Assembly (NCBI GenBank): GCA_000708835.1 | Contig: DF237084.1 | Coordinates: forward strand, 115,697 to 179,696 | Direction of reading: 5' to 3' | DNA length: 64,000 bases | From: Klebsormidium nitens | Taxonomy: Eukaryota > Plantae > Klebsormidiophyceae | Shown here: in pieces, positions 45,061 through 58,100 of the stretch | Position numbering within the stretch: position 1 is the first letter of the stretch | Layout of the letters: each line of letters opens with the position of its first letter | Notes under the pieces: model-generated | What the model saw: only the letters and a program-made list of their open reading frames with translations | What the model was told of the DNA's origin: nothing | Database searches by the model: none | Made by a program: the position numbers and the translations under genes

Positions 45061-48000
45061 ATGGCCGGCAACTACGGTGCCCCCATCGACCTGACCGACT
45101 CCCCCCAGGAAAGAGTAGCCAATAGGCACCAGGTCGCAGTTGGTCACATCCTTCAAGGTCCAGCAAACCCCAGAAATATTGCCCCCCCAGCTATTCATCC
45201 TCAGGGTCTAGCGATACATGTGAATGCAGCACAAATGGAACATTTGCATGAGGAGGCGGCTCAGAGGGCCAGGGATGCAGCGCAGAGAGCACGGGATGCA
45301 GCACAGAGGACAAGGGACGCGGCACAAAGGGCGAGGGATGCGGCTCAGAGAATGAGGGATGAAGCTCAGAGGACGAGGGAGGCAGCGCAGAGGACAAGGG
45401 AGGCAGCGCAGATGCAAGCGGGGCAGGCACGGAGGCTCGCACGGGATGAAAGACTAGAGCGACAGAGGAACGCTGTGCGCGAAGGGAGGCTGGCGCAGAA
45501 CCAGGCACAGCTTCACAGGGAGGCGGTCGAAGCGAACGCGCGCCGGCAAGCGTATCTGAGGCAGCAACGCGAGAGGGTACCGGCAGCCGGAGAAGTGCAC
45601 GGAGAGGGGCCTGAGGAGTGGGAGCAACGGCGGCGGCGGGTCGCCGAAGACATCGAGAGGAGGCTCCAGGAGAGGGCCGCGAGGCGCCAGCAAGCGCTCG
45701 CTGATGCTGGTCCTGAGACTCCAGAGGACGTCATGAGGGGACCCCAGCAAGTGCTAGGGCTTCTCAGGGGGGGGCACAGAAGGCAGGCGGATGATGGGGG
45801 AGCCAGGGGGGGGGAAGGAGTTGGTGAGAATGGGGATGAGATGAGGGGAGATGTGAGGGGGGGCCACAGAAGGCAGGCAGACGAGGGGGGGCGTGGCGGT
45901 GTGGGTGAAGCAGTGGACGAAGGGCTCCTTTACAGGCTGCAAGACTTGCAAGAAATTGTGGCCAGGAACGAGATACAGGAACGCGGGCGCAAGAGGGCTA
46001 GGCACGACGAAGGAGGCACTGGGGGCGGCCTGACGAACGTTGAAGTTCTGGAACGCAACATTTTTATCAACCGGGAGAGGGTGCAAATGCGGGTAGAGCC
46101 TGTTCTCGGTGATCACGGCGCAGGTCCTTCTGGGAGGGGCGCTGATGTTGGGGGGGAGCGGAATGGGGGGGTGGTGGCAGAGGCGCTGAGCAACCTGGCA
46201 GAGATCTTTCCAGAGGTCGACCTTGAGGCTGCGAGGGAGGCGCTGTTTGTGAGCATCGCAGAACATGTGAGCAGGCACATCAACTCACTTGAATACTCAT
46301 TGACCTGTGGCCCCTGTTTTGGGATTTTTTGTTGAGGTTGCTTGCACTAACTCAGGTTTGTCAAAATTGTGATGACTTGTCGAGCTTGAGATTGAGCTGA
46401 GGTTTACGGTTTTTGACAGGAAGGGGCAAAGTTGCTCTGTGCAGACACCTGTAGCCAGATCTTTGATATTGCATTATTCCGCTGGTTCGACATGGCCTGA
46501 ATACACCCTAGCACCAGATTGAATGTTAAATCTGTCAGAACGGATGAAAGGAGAACGCGGACTGCGGTTTGCAATCTGTGACCCCCACACCCTTCGGTAC
46601 TCGGTGCGTGCGCGAAGTGTAACGTCACGGCCGGAGTATCCGGTCGCCGTCCTGGTGTGGACTCAGGAGTCAGTACTCAGGACTCGGAGACTCCAACATC
46701 CGAGTTCGCGACTGCTTCTGACGTGACGCAGCGACGGTGATTATACCGGACATCTTTACGATCGCGCACCATATGAAAGTCGGAGTGGGGGTCTCGGATT
46801 GCAAACCGCAGGCCACGTTCTCCTTCCATGGGTTCTGTCAAGACATGTTCAACGGCGCCATTAACAACTGCCCTCGAGACTCTGGCTGTGAGGTTGTCAT
46901 TCATGAAGACACCTCATTCGTCTTATGTCACTGCTTGTTCTAGGACACCTGTCACTGAAGGTCGCAGGTCACAATCGAACTGGAATCACTCGTTCATGCA
47001 CTTTACATTCTGAGCAGCTTTGGCTTAGGAGTCCCTTTGCGCTCTCGTATGTGTGCTCGGCATATCACTCAGCCCGAATTCGCCACCTACTATCACCTCG
47101 TTCTTTTCAAATCTGTCGGCTCGCTGATCATACCCAAATGCTTGTCTCATGCAGGGCATGCCTCGAGGTCTAGAAGTAGTAACCAACACCTACTTCGAGA
47201 ACGGATACCCCAAACGCGAACAGCCAAAGGTCGACACACCCCCTCAAGACGGCGCAGGCCCCAGCAAGCAGGAAGAAAAGGACGTGTTTGCACTCGGTTC
47301 GCCCCCCAGGCAGTGTGCGCCCGCTTATCATAAGTGGGCGGTGTACCAGCTGCAGGTGGACTTCCCCCGAGTGAGCCTCACGGACGTGCGGCGGTGCCTC
47401 AAAGTTCACGGTGAAAGGTGGGGCAATGTTTTGGTCTAATTCGTTCGTTTCATGGCTTGAATCGATTTCGAGACTTGCTGAACGTTTCCGTTTTACCACA
47501 ACTTTCCTCGGCTGTAGAAAAGATTCTCAGCTGTCGGATATCAGCCAGTCAACTCGGAGAAGCAGCTCGACGTTTTTGACTTGTGATTTGATTCAATTGG
47601 ACCTCCGAACGTTCTTCGACTGACGCGGAGCATTTGTTTGGGCAGTGTATCATCACCAGATGCAATATAAAGGTCCTTTGCAGCATACTCAAAATGATGA
47701 TCTGCGGCCCCTGCTTCTCCGTCAATAGCCAGCCAACTTGGTATGAATTTGAACCCGATCCTGTACGGGGCAATCACCTGCTTCCTGCTTTCTGCAATGG
47801 CTCTGTGTCGAAGCAAATTCGTTCAAAGAGTTGGAACAGAGCTGTCAGACTCTCGAAGGGTGCGGGTCCTGCCATTGTGAATCTTTCAGAAATGCACCCC
47901 CACACAAGTGGGTCCTGAGGCTCCTGTTCTTGAATCGGATTCCCTCAAGAACTTCGAAAAGGAACCACTCAGTCTTGTAAAGGTCACCAAACCTGAAGCG

Positions 48001-51000
48001 TCCACTTTACATTCCTGACGGCAAATCGGTCGCCCGCAGGTACGCCCCCGCATATAAGTCCATCTTGACCGAGGTACAGAAAATTTGTCTCTCCGGAGCG
48101 GAAGGAAAAGGCAAGGCGATCGCGGAAGAGAGCCCCCAGAAATCGACCCACGACAGCAAAGCCGCATACTGGGCGCCTAACTTTAAGCTGCTCCAGAAGC
48201 CCCGCCCCAAACCCCGGCACATGCCGGACGAGGAGTGTTTCGAGTTTCAGGAGGAACTAGAGCGGGTGCGCCGGGCGGGCGCGAAAGACCAGGAGCTGGA
48301 GGACATGCTGCTGGCAGAGGTGGGGGACCCCTTATGTGACAGGGGGGAGCGCTTAGCTGCATCCGTACTCATCTGCGGCCCGCTCGGAGTTACAAGGATA
48401 CGAATGTTCAGTCATCAGAGTTTGCGTTCGGTTTTGTTTACAGAAGCTGGCCGCTGGAATGGGCATGGAAAGCTAGTTTATTGGATACCTTTGACATGCT
48501 TGCATCTCCTTCGTTGTTCCTTGGAGGGGCTAATCTTGCGTGCAACCGCTGGTGGCGGTTGGGTAGCGCATATGCATTCTGTGTCCTGAAGCTCGATTTG
48601 TAAGACGGGCTTGTGCATCTACCCATGCACGGTTCACGGGTCATGGTTCACGATTCACGATTCACGGCTTCTAGTCATAAGCTGAATACACGCCAAAATA
48701 TCTCATGGGTCAGGTTTATGTGAATGTGAGCTAAATTCGCTCCAGTGAACCTGATCACTTTCTTCCTCTTCTCTCAGAAACTGAACGAGGAGGAGTATGC
48801 GGGGGAGGGCCAGGAGATCGAGTGCGGGTGCTGCTACTCTGAGTATCCGTTCGAGAAGATGGTGCAGTGCGCGGAGGGCCACCTGTTCTGCTTCGCCTGC
48901 TTGAAGCGCCGCGTGGAGGAGTCGACGTTCGGGGCGGCCGCGGCAGGGGGATCCCTCCCGTGCATGGACACGGACGGGTGCGAGGCGGAGTTTCCGTACG
49001 CTGAGGTGCGTCTCTGACACTGCGAAGTGAGGCAGACCATACTTCGCGAAATGTGGATTTCCTTGAACATGAAAGTTCAAAGAGCTTTGTTTGAGCTGTC
49101 TGTTGCAAGTCTCTGCAAAGACGAGAACGCAAGGTGTTTGCAAGCGGGGCAGGTTTGCGCCCGGGCGAAGATCTGGGTTTCGGGAGGGACGGTCTAAGTT
49201 CCGAGAATTAGGAGCTTGCCACTCCTAAAGTTACGCAGATACACATGCTTTGCAATATTGAAATGTTGCAACCTTCGGCCCTGCGAAGACCTAAGCCTTC
49301 TTTGCTTTTCATATCAGGTTGCTGATTTTAACATTTCACTCTCCCAGATCAGCCCGTTTTCTTTGGCCTTTCCGTCTGGTCACCGCTCTCAGGATCAAAG
49401 ACTGCGTCCGGCTCTACCCGACACTTCGTCACGCTTTTGAACGGAGGCCCTGATTCCACCTCCGTCGCTCTTCTGCCCAGGTCCGACGAGCCCTCCCAGA
49501 GGCGACCCTGGCCAAGTACGAGGCCCGCCAAACGGAGCAGGCCCTGCTTTCGGCCAAGCTCGACAATTTGGTGCGGTGCCCCTTCTGCGACTTTGCCTGC
49601 GAAGTGGACGAGGGGAACCGGGTCCTCGACTGCCCCGGCTGTAAGAAGGTGAGCCGCGCCTAAAGAGTTTTGCAGTTTCGACACTCATAAAGGTTCGATG
49701 ATTTCGGAACGTTTTGGATGGCGAGGATGTAGCGGTTTTTCCGTGATTCAGTGCTGTACAGTCTCGCCGTTCGAAAGAGCGAGGGAGACTTCGGGGCTTT
49801 GGATTCTGGCTACTCGGCAGGGTGGTTGTGTCCTAAATTTCAAGGGAACCTTTCGAACATGACTGCCGATTCTGGCTGAAGTAGGAACGACAAGTTGAGA
49901 CACTTAAGTCTTGTTTCTGCAACCTATCGTGGATGTTTTTTCCGGTTTCCTGAGGCTTTATATGTTTCTGGCGTCGCGCCGCAACTGCAAGGAGGCAAGC
50001 CGCATCCCGCTCTGTTGTTCGCCTTTCCTTCGTCATTTAGGGGAACCTTTGGCTTGTGCCGGCCTGTCTCGGCGGAAAGAGTCGAGCACCTCCGCCCGTC
50101 CAGCATTTCTATGTGGAGTTTGTTAGATCCTCGTAACCGAATATCTTCGTCGCAGGCGTCGTTCCACGAGGGCAAGAGGCGAGGCGCATCCCGCTCAAGG
50201 CGGAAGACAATGCGAGATTCTTCGCTTCTTTTGCAACTAAAGTCCGTGGAGAAATGCTGCCTTTTTGCAGGCGTCGTGCCGCGAGTGCAAGGAGGCGAGC
50301 CACATCCCGCTCAAGTGCAGCGAGGTGGAGAAGAAGGGCGAGACGGCGTTCCGCACGCGCGTGGAGGAGCTCATGACGCGCGCGCTCGTGCGGGAGTGCT
50401 CCAAGTGCAAGACGGAGCTCATCAAGGACCACGGCTGCAACAAGGTGATTAAAACATTTCCGAAATTGCTCGGCAGAAGGGCTTTTCCTCCCTACTGGAC
50501 TCCCTCCTCGTAGGGCAGAGCTCTCACCGCTTTTCTCTGTTATTTCCTATCTGGTCCTGCCAGTCTTAAAAAGGCGACACACTAAAGGCAGTCCAAACTG
50601 GTGCGCGAAAGAGGAGTGCTTATGCACCGGGGGCGCTACAAGTTGGGTAGCGTTGTATACACCCTTCACGTTGCTCTTTGTTCAGTACAGAGACCCTTTC
50701 TGCAGCCGCATGCTGGTGAACTAATCCTGGAAGCTTCCAGGGCGCTTGTAGTCTCCAGTTGTTCCCGCCGCTTGACAGTAATGCTTCGAGCGATGTCCGC
50801 AGAATGCTTTCGGATTTGTTCAGCGCCACGTACCATCTCCAATCCTAGATGTGGCTCGACTTGCATCAGTAGCAAATCACCCATCCAAAATCCCTTCGGC
50901 CCAACTTTGGGCTCGGCAAAGTGGAAGTGCAGGCCATAGGTTCGCGCGTCCCTTCTTGAAGCGCCATATAGTCGGCCGAAGCCTCGATGCCTCTCGTGAA

Positions 51001-52142
51001 TTTGACCATTTCAGACACGTATGGCTGTTGAGACAATCCCTCTGCCATTCTCAGGTAACGTGTCGTTGCGGTCAGACGATGTGTTATGTGTGCCGCGCGC
51101 CGATCCCCCCCGACTATACGCACTTCTGCCAGCACTTCCGAGAGCCGGACCGCAAGTGCAACCAGTGCAGCAAGTGCAACCTGTACACCACAGTGAGTTG
51201 CTGAGACCCACCTTCTGTAGTTTCCGTAAAAATCCTGAAACGCCTTGGTCTCTTGGATGTTGTTTGAATTGAAGCCCTATTAAGACCTTTTCGATTGGTA
51301 CCGCTTGATGGGTCGGATTTTTAACCTACGGTTTTGCTTTTGATTGCTGAAATTGGAGGTGGCAATCAGGAGTATGTTCAGGCATGATCAAAGATATTTG
51401 ACGTCAGCCTGAGAGAGTTACGTTTTGAGAAGCTTCTTGTGCAGAACCGTCATCATTGGAGTGGTTTTAAAGATGTAGTAAGACAGGGGTTCTGTGAGTT
51501 GCCCATGCTGCTAGCAGCGGAGTCCTTTGGAAAGGAGAGGAACTTTGAGCAGGAACGGAGCGGAAAAGAACCAAACATTTGCTTAATCGGAGCGAATTGA
51601 TTGGATAAGTGGAGCAGAAAAGCGCAAAAAGAAACTTACCAAAGTGAAGCTCACATGGTTTAGCAGGGCAATGACACCGCGGCGGGGAAGCGCATGCACG
51701 CCGCACCCGCTGCCGAGCTTGGGTCCGCCGTTTAAGTTTGACAAAGACTTACCTGTTTAAGGTTGAGAAACAAGAAGGGAACCGGAATCGAAGAATCCCG
51801 ACGCACACCATTCCGCAGGGTAATGATTCAGCGGAGGTGAAGCGCGTGTGCGCCGCGGCCATCGCTAAGGGTTTATTCCCTTTCTCTCACGAAGAGCTAC
51901 CTGTTGCTGGAAAAGAAAGAAAGGACCCCAAACTGATGTAAAACTCGGCGCCTACCATTTCGCAGGGTAATGACGCAGCGGAGGTGAAGCGGGTGCGCAC
52001 CACGGCCATCGCCGAGGCGGCCCACTTGGACCCGGAAGCCGCCAAAAAAATGATCGGCGCGCCCGACGACCTCCCGCAGGCACAGGCGAAGCGACCCCGG
52101 TTGTACCCGCCAGGCCATCCCCTGGCTGGCCTCGTGTTCTAA
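45061..52142 (+). CDS. RBR E3 ubiquitin ligase, RNF216/TRIAD3-like; exons 45061-46266, 47155-47417, 48040-48319, 48778-49005, 49481-49648, 50271-50444, 51055-51192, 51966-52142
   Basis: RING1 CGCCYSEYPFEKMVQCAEGHLFCFAC...CMDTDGC; IBR CPFCDF..C..C|SCRECKEASHIPLKC; RING2 CSKC..IKDHGCNK|VTCRCGQTMCYVC..HFCQH; upstream CUE/UBA-like LAEIFPEVD...ENGYPK. Phases are consistent. Confidence 0.9.
45253..45414 (+). repeat. Coding 21-bp (7-aa) tandem repeat, (D/E)AAQR(A/T/M)R x ~8
   Basis: Translation EAAQRAR DAAQRAR DAAQRTR DAAQRAR DAAQRMR DEAQRTR EAAQRTR EAAQ. Confidence 0.9.
46533..46840. mobile_element. ~310-bp MITE-like fold-back in RBR intron 1
   Basis: 59-bp inverted repeat 46533-46591 vs 46782-46840 with 9 mismatches (core GAAGGAGAACG.GG.CTGCGGTTTGCAATC...GACCCCCAC). 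No target duplication identified. Confidence 0.7.
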
Positions 52143-54187
52143 CTCGAAGCAAGAAGAAGAGCGAGAGTCCTCGGTTTGAAGTCCCCAAATAGGGCCTGTT
52201 GAACATGGGGAAGAGCCGGAGTGTTTGGTTTGAAGTTCCCGGGTTAGGGGCCTGCGTTGTTGCTGTTGGAGAGGGAAGTTCAGGTCGAGGTTCAAGGTCC
52301 AGCTGGACTCGCATTGTGCTGAAGTAGTGAGGCTAACAAACGAGCGGTGCTTGCGTGGGTCTTTGATGCTAGGGACTTCGAGTACGGCATCTCTGGTCGA
52401 GGTAATACAGTAATTCAGTAGGCAGTTCCCGCCATTGCTGCTGCGAACAATCAACCAATGAGCACTGTCGCGAGTCGCAGGCCAACTCGGCAGGCAAGAG
52501 AGATCAGAAGATAGTCAATGAGATCCGAAAGTCAGGGCTGACTCTAAGGGCACAAGGTTGACGAAGGTTCACTAATCTGCTTTCGCTTCGTTTGGGATCG
52601 ATTAATGTGCATCAAACACAGCATGACATGTTATGTCGCTCAAGTCAAGAAACTATCATATTCTCCGGGTGCGTTTTCTTGTCGCTCTTTCTTTCAGGAA
52701 ATGTGCCTGGGTGGAGCGTGCTGACTTGAGTACTCTACTATTAGAGCAGACAAACTCGGTTAATTGAAGGTACATCTTTTAGCACGTTGCGCTTCACATG
52801 CAACCTTTTGAAATACAAGTCATGAGATTTGGCAATCTGGTCTGATGCAGTGAGCTCGGTCCGATCTTCCGATTGCATTCTCAGGAGGGCTTAACCCGGT
52901 TGCATTCCTTGGACCCTAGTGATCGTCACTCACTGGCCAGGCTATACGATGTTGTCGAGATGCTTTAGTTCTTGATCAGACAGGCTGCCCAGGTAGACAA
53001 GCGCTTCCCACGTAGGATACTCAATTGATCAAAACTCCTAGCCTCGTCTCACATGCAATCGCATGCTTTCCCCATATTCCAGTCGATCAGTCGTCTTACC
53101 TGCTGTTCTTCATCATCTGCGTGGTACTGGCCCCGTAGTGAGTAGTTTGCTGGCGATCGGATCAGAACGGGACTGCAGCGGCCTACTACAGTAGGACAGC
53201 AGGCAGCTAGCTGAATCCAGGATTACCAATTATGAGCGCTCGTAAATGCGGATTCACTTTCTCGGATCGCGAAGGTTCTCGTTCGTCCACATGGATGCGA
53301 ACTGCTTTGCGCAAATCCGGAGAGTTGCGATCTGACGTGGAAGATTTTCGACCGTGAGAAACTTTAGGTTTGTCGGCCCTCGATTCAGACCTGCTGACAT
53401 CGGACGGCCGAGAGCCGGCCAACTCGGGATTCTGTGCATAATGGTGCCAGGTGGCCTTGAATCCTTCTGTAAGCCGAGGCATTCATTCATGATTGGCTGT
53501 TGCCAGTGACGCGGCCTGCAAAAGCTGCATGTGTTGTATGCACTTTCCAGCTCACGCTCTAGGCTTAGCGTTGCAATCTGCATTGCCACATACCTGTTTC
53601 TGTAGCTTGTTTTGCTTTGCCCCTTGTCTCCTCTACAGGCAAAGCTTCATGGCTTCCAAGCAGACCTGACCGAAGCACTGAAGGGAGACGGCTTTCGAGA
53701 CAGCAGGTACGTCTATGTCTGCAACGGATCTCAGGGTTTGTCTCTGGTGTCAGATCTTATAGCTTTTGTCAAGGAGTGTCTGTCTATTTGGTGGTTTAGT
53801 TTTCTCAGATGTCCCCTGAACCAGCTTTTGATGAAGTCTCAGAAGTGAAAGGAATTCGATGCATATTGTCTTGGTGCTGGGGTTATGTGAAGCTGCTCAG
53901 TCGGATCCATTCCACATGGTTGCCTTTAACATCTAAGTCAGCTGGCTGATGAAGTAAGAAGGACTAGATGCATGCTTATACTGTACCTTGTTTCTCGTGC
54001 CAGCCAGATGAATGTAATCATTCAGATTGTCAGTTGGAAAGCAACAAACTTCCAGCCCTTCAAAGGCTATTGCAGAAGTCAACATTCAGTTATATGTAGG
54101 AAAACACCACTTAACACCACCATACGGTTTCCGCAGTAAAGTGCCTCTTCCATGGTTTGTTCCTGGGGGTGTTTTGAAGGTTATCCT

Positions 54188-54297
54188 CACAGCAATCTCT
54201 GTGTTTGGATCTGCGTGAAGACAGAATTCCAACGCTGCCTGCACAGCATCTCTGTGTTTGGATCTGCGTGAAGACTGAATTCCAACGCTGCCTGCAC
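54188..54297. repeat. ~54-bp tandem duplication
   Basis: ATCTCTGTGTTTGGATCTGCGTGAAGAC.GAATTCCAACGCTGCCTGCAC occurs twice. Confidence 0.88.
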
Positions 54298-55119
54298 TTC
54301 CCATCGAAGCGTGTATTGTATACATAGATCCAACATGAGGCAGATTCTTCTCAAAGTCCTGGTTGCTCACAACATCACAGCATCCCTGCAGGTAACCGCT
54401 ATATCTTGTTAGATTGCTCCACTGCTTACTGGCAACCATCGGCTCCAGCGGATCAGTGGTGCATACGAGTCTCTGGCAGCAGATAAACCTTTTCACTTAC
54501 AGCATTAGGGAGTAGATCTCAAAATACGTTAAGGAAGATTCTCGTTGATTGACAGACACTTAAAAGACCTGAGCTAGTAGACAGGTGTGCACGCAGGAAG
54601 CGGTAGCCCTCGCTTTTCAGTGTCATTTTACAGACACACAGCCAAAGGCAAGCTAAAGCTTACAGAAAGCAAGCGGTATGGATTCTGCACCGCCCCAAGC
54701 TGGGCCAGTTCAGCACGAGGTAAGAATTTCATGAGAATGAGAAGAGTGTCGCTCTTTCATTGATAGGTTCTGGACTTTGGGACACGTCCTGCGGATTCTC
54801 CAGGCTTGGATGTTTGCAATTTCTGCGTCTGCTTCATGATTTGTAGATTTATGCAGAACGTGTTGCATTCCTATCATTCATAGTGGCAGAAGTTATCTGT
54901 ACACGTGTGTTTGTCTGGTTGAAACCTTTCTTGACCTGCTCTCTTCTTCTTGCATTATTCCTCTCTCATGCCTTGTTTGATGTAAGTCATATCCTCTGAT
55001 CGGTCATTCATGACGCAACCAACTGCGCGTTTCAGCATCTGCAGCAAGTCACATTCATTTACCTCCCCTGGACTAAGATTTTCACTCTGCTTAACAAGAC
55101 TCTGCAAAACAATCTGGCA

Positions 55120-58100
55120 TTGGGTAAAGCCGCTATCTATTTTGCAACAAAGATAGTGTTTGGGGCAATCCTGACAACAAATCTCTGCTTGCAGCCTGCT
55201 ACTGAGGAAACAAAAGCTTCTGAACTTTCTTTGGCTGCGGCCGAGCCAGCATTCAAGACCAGAGGGAGTGGCGATATATTTGACTGGAAGGAGCGGGAGA
55301 GGCGGGAGGATGGGACCTTTAGCTGGGGGGAGTCGTTGAGTGAAGAAGATCTGGGTATGTGCTCGTGGGTGTGTCCTTGCTCGCCTCATCTTGATCTCAG
55401 AACGTATTTGAAGGGCTTCTGGACGTGAGAAGGGAAATTTGAACTCTGGTAAGGCGTTCATTGGCAGTAGAGCAGCTGGGACTTGTAGAACGCCAGGGCC
55501 TACTTTTCAAGGGAGTGGTTATTCTGATAACAGAGGCTTCCACTGACACAAACTTGTATTGGTGTTGCTCTGCTGTGAGCAAGCTAGAAAGCAGATTGGT
55601 TCTTTGCTTGTGGTGGTTTTGGGTGGCGGGAAGTTTGAAGATGACACTGGCACCTAGGACCCTCCTTGCGACATAGACAAATGCTTTTAGCTCCCGAGCA
55701 AATTCATCAGTGGTAAAGCTCCTAATTCCAAAGCGCTCAAAGCTGTCTGGTCATATTGGTCAGGGACCTTTTGAGCCAAGGCGATTGTGACGCCTGAAGT
55801 CATTGCAAAGTTCTTTTGTGCAAGAGCTCTCAAGCCTTACTGACCTGCTACCTCGCACGGAGGAAGCATGCAAGAGTCTGTCATATGAAGAGGATCAAAG
55901 CCAGCATTTCTATAATTGATTGCCCTGAAACGATTTGAATGCTTTCGACGAGTGGTTAGTAACTCCAGGCTGGTCAAGAAGTGGTTTACCAGAGCTCCCA
56001 GCATGCAGCACTAATGTCATTTCCGGAACATTTTGCAGAGGGATCCCCTCGGGGGCTTGCTCGCCCGAGCAGCAGCTCCTCATCGCGAGACAGTGACGTC
56101 GGCAGTCGCTGCGCTTACGTCACCTTCTTGTGCGACGACTCCGAATATTGGAAGGGCGCGGTAGTGCTCGGAAAGAGCCTCCGAGCCACGGGGTGCCGAT
56201 ACCCACTAATCGTGGCGGTGATGAAAGGGGTGTCGTCCAAATTGCGTCAGCTGCTGGCGGATCAGCATGGATGTATTGTGCGAGAGATCGAGGTAAGAAG
56301 CTGTATGTGGAGTCTGGTTTGGGTTGCTGATTTTCGTGGTCCACTAGAGTGGCTGCCACTGCAAGATAGGAACAAGGGACTGGTACTGCTGAATCAAGAG
56401 AAAAGCGATGTTTGCGATTGTTTCGGAGATGTCAAATTTGGTATTTGATGCCAAAATGACCTTTGTTGGTGCGTCCTCCTTCAAGGATCCTGGTCAGACA
56501 CTCCTTCTTATTCGGTGAAGCTTGAACGGACGGGTTTTGCGTATGTTTCGGCCGAAGTCAGATGTCGCTAATGTGGCTTGTATAGGTGTGCTCGAGCTGA
56601 CAGAGCAATCCTCTTATCCTTCGTCCCTTCCTTGCTTAAGAGCCTACGGATTTTAAATTCCTGGAGGCGATTTTTAGATTGAGGACGTCCGATACGGGTC
56701 GTCCATTGCCGCTCACTAAATCAAACGGTGATTCCTGTTTTCGTATCCGGCTGGAAGGTGAACTTGCGAAAAGCTCATACGCATTCTCTGGACACTCGCG
56801 TTGGTTCGATAGACCGTCTATGACGTCAGCTGCTTCACCGAGAAATCTCGCAGGACGTCGCGCCTCCTCCAGGCGCCGAGAAAGTGGTTCGCCGGCCGTA
56901 CTACCTGACGCAATACACCAAGCTGCGCATCTGGCAGTTCGACGACTTCGACAAGCTGACGTATCTAGACTCGGACATGCTGGTGCTGCAAAACTTGGAC
57001 TACTTGTTTGATATGCTGCCGTCCGACCAGATCATGGGTGAGTTTCAAAAGCCTTTTCCGTTTCCGTGTCCGTCGCCGCTTCCGTTCCGCTTCTGTCACC
57101 ATTTCTGCTTCCATTCTTTTGACCCTTCTGCAGAAACGACAACCGCGTCACAATCTTTGGGGATTGACTTTACATGCTGCCTTCATTGCCGTCAATGACT
57201 GCTATGACGAGCCCATTGTTGTGTCTCGTTTGCACCCACCCTCACCGCTTCCTTTCCGCCTCCGTCTTTCTTTCCATTCTCGTCTCTTAGTTAATGTCTG
57301 CCATCCGGTGGAGCTTCAAAAAGCTGCCAGTGGAGCAGCTTGTTTGTTTCCCTTTCCCGTCCCATTGCATTCGATGTTGATCCCCCTTGATTTTTCCCGG
57401 TTGCCTTTCCGTTTCGTTTCTTGAGCTTCTGGTTTGTGACGCAAAGCTCCAATCAGTTTCAACATTCGTTCGTGCTTTCGGAACGGACGGTGCAGAGTAG
57501 TAGAAGGTCCTTCGAGTTGTGGGTCTCTTTTCCGGGTTTCCCCCTGTTGGCACTTTTGCCTTTCTGCTGATACAAATGGTTGTAATCTGGCACTGAAATT
57601 CTCTAGTAAGAGTTAAAGGATCTTTCAGTGATGCAAAGAGCGTGCGATCTTCAGAGTTGGTCTCTTGAACGGTTCCTCACCTCTTTAAGGTCTTTAAGCC
57701 TTGCCGCCTTTGTGTCATGCGAAACGTTGCCCGGAGATATCATATGCGCTTTTTTCGTTCTGTGTTCAGGCTCGCCTTGCCGCTTTAGTGCTGTAGTGAA
57801 GCGGATGTTACCTGCTCTGATACCTCAAAGAGTTGCCTGCCTTCTCGGAACTTAAGCTCCGTCTCTCTGTCCTTTACAGGCGTCAAAAACTGCTTCTGCG
57901 TTGGTTGGAAGAACCACCCCCGGGTCTGCGGCACGGCCTACTGCCAATTTGACCCGGTTAAGCACCCGTGGACATTTCCGGAGGGGAAGCCCGAGCCGAC
58001 CCCGTATATAAACGCCGGCTTCTTCGTGTTCGCCCCCAGCCGCGCGGTGTTCGCGCAGATGCAGCACGCGCTCGCAGCATTTCCGGCGAGCGAGCTGGCG

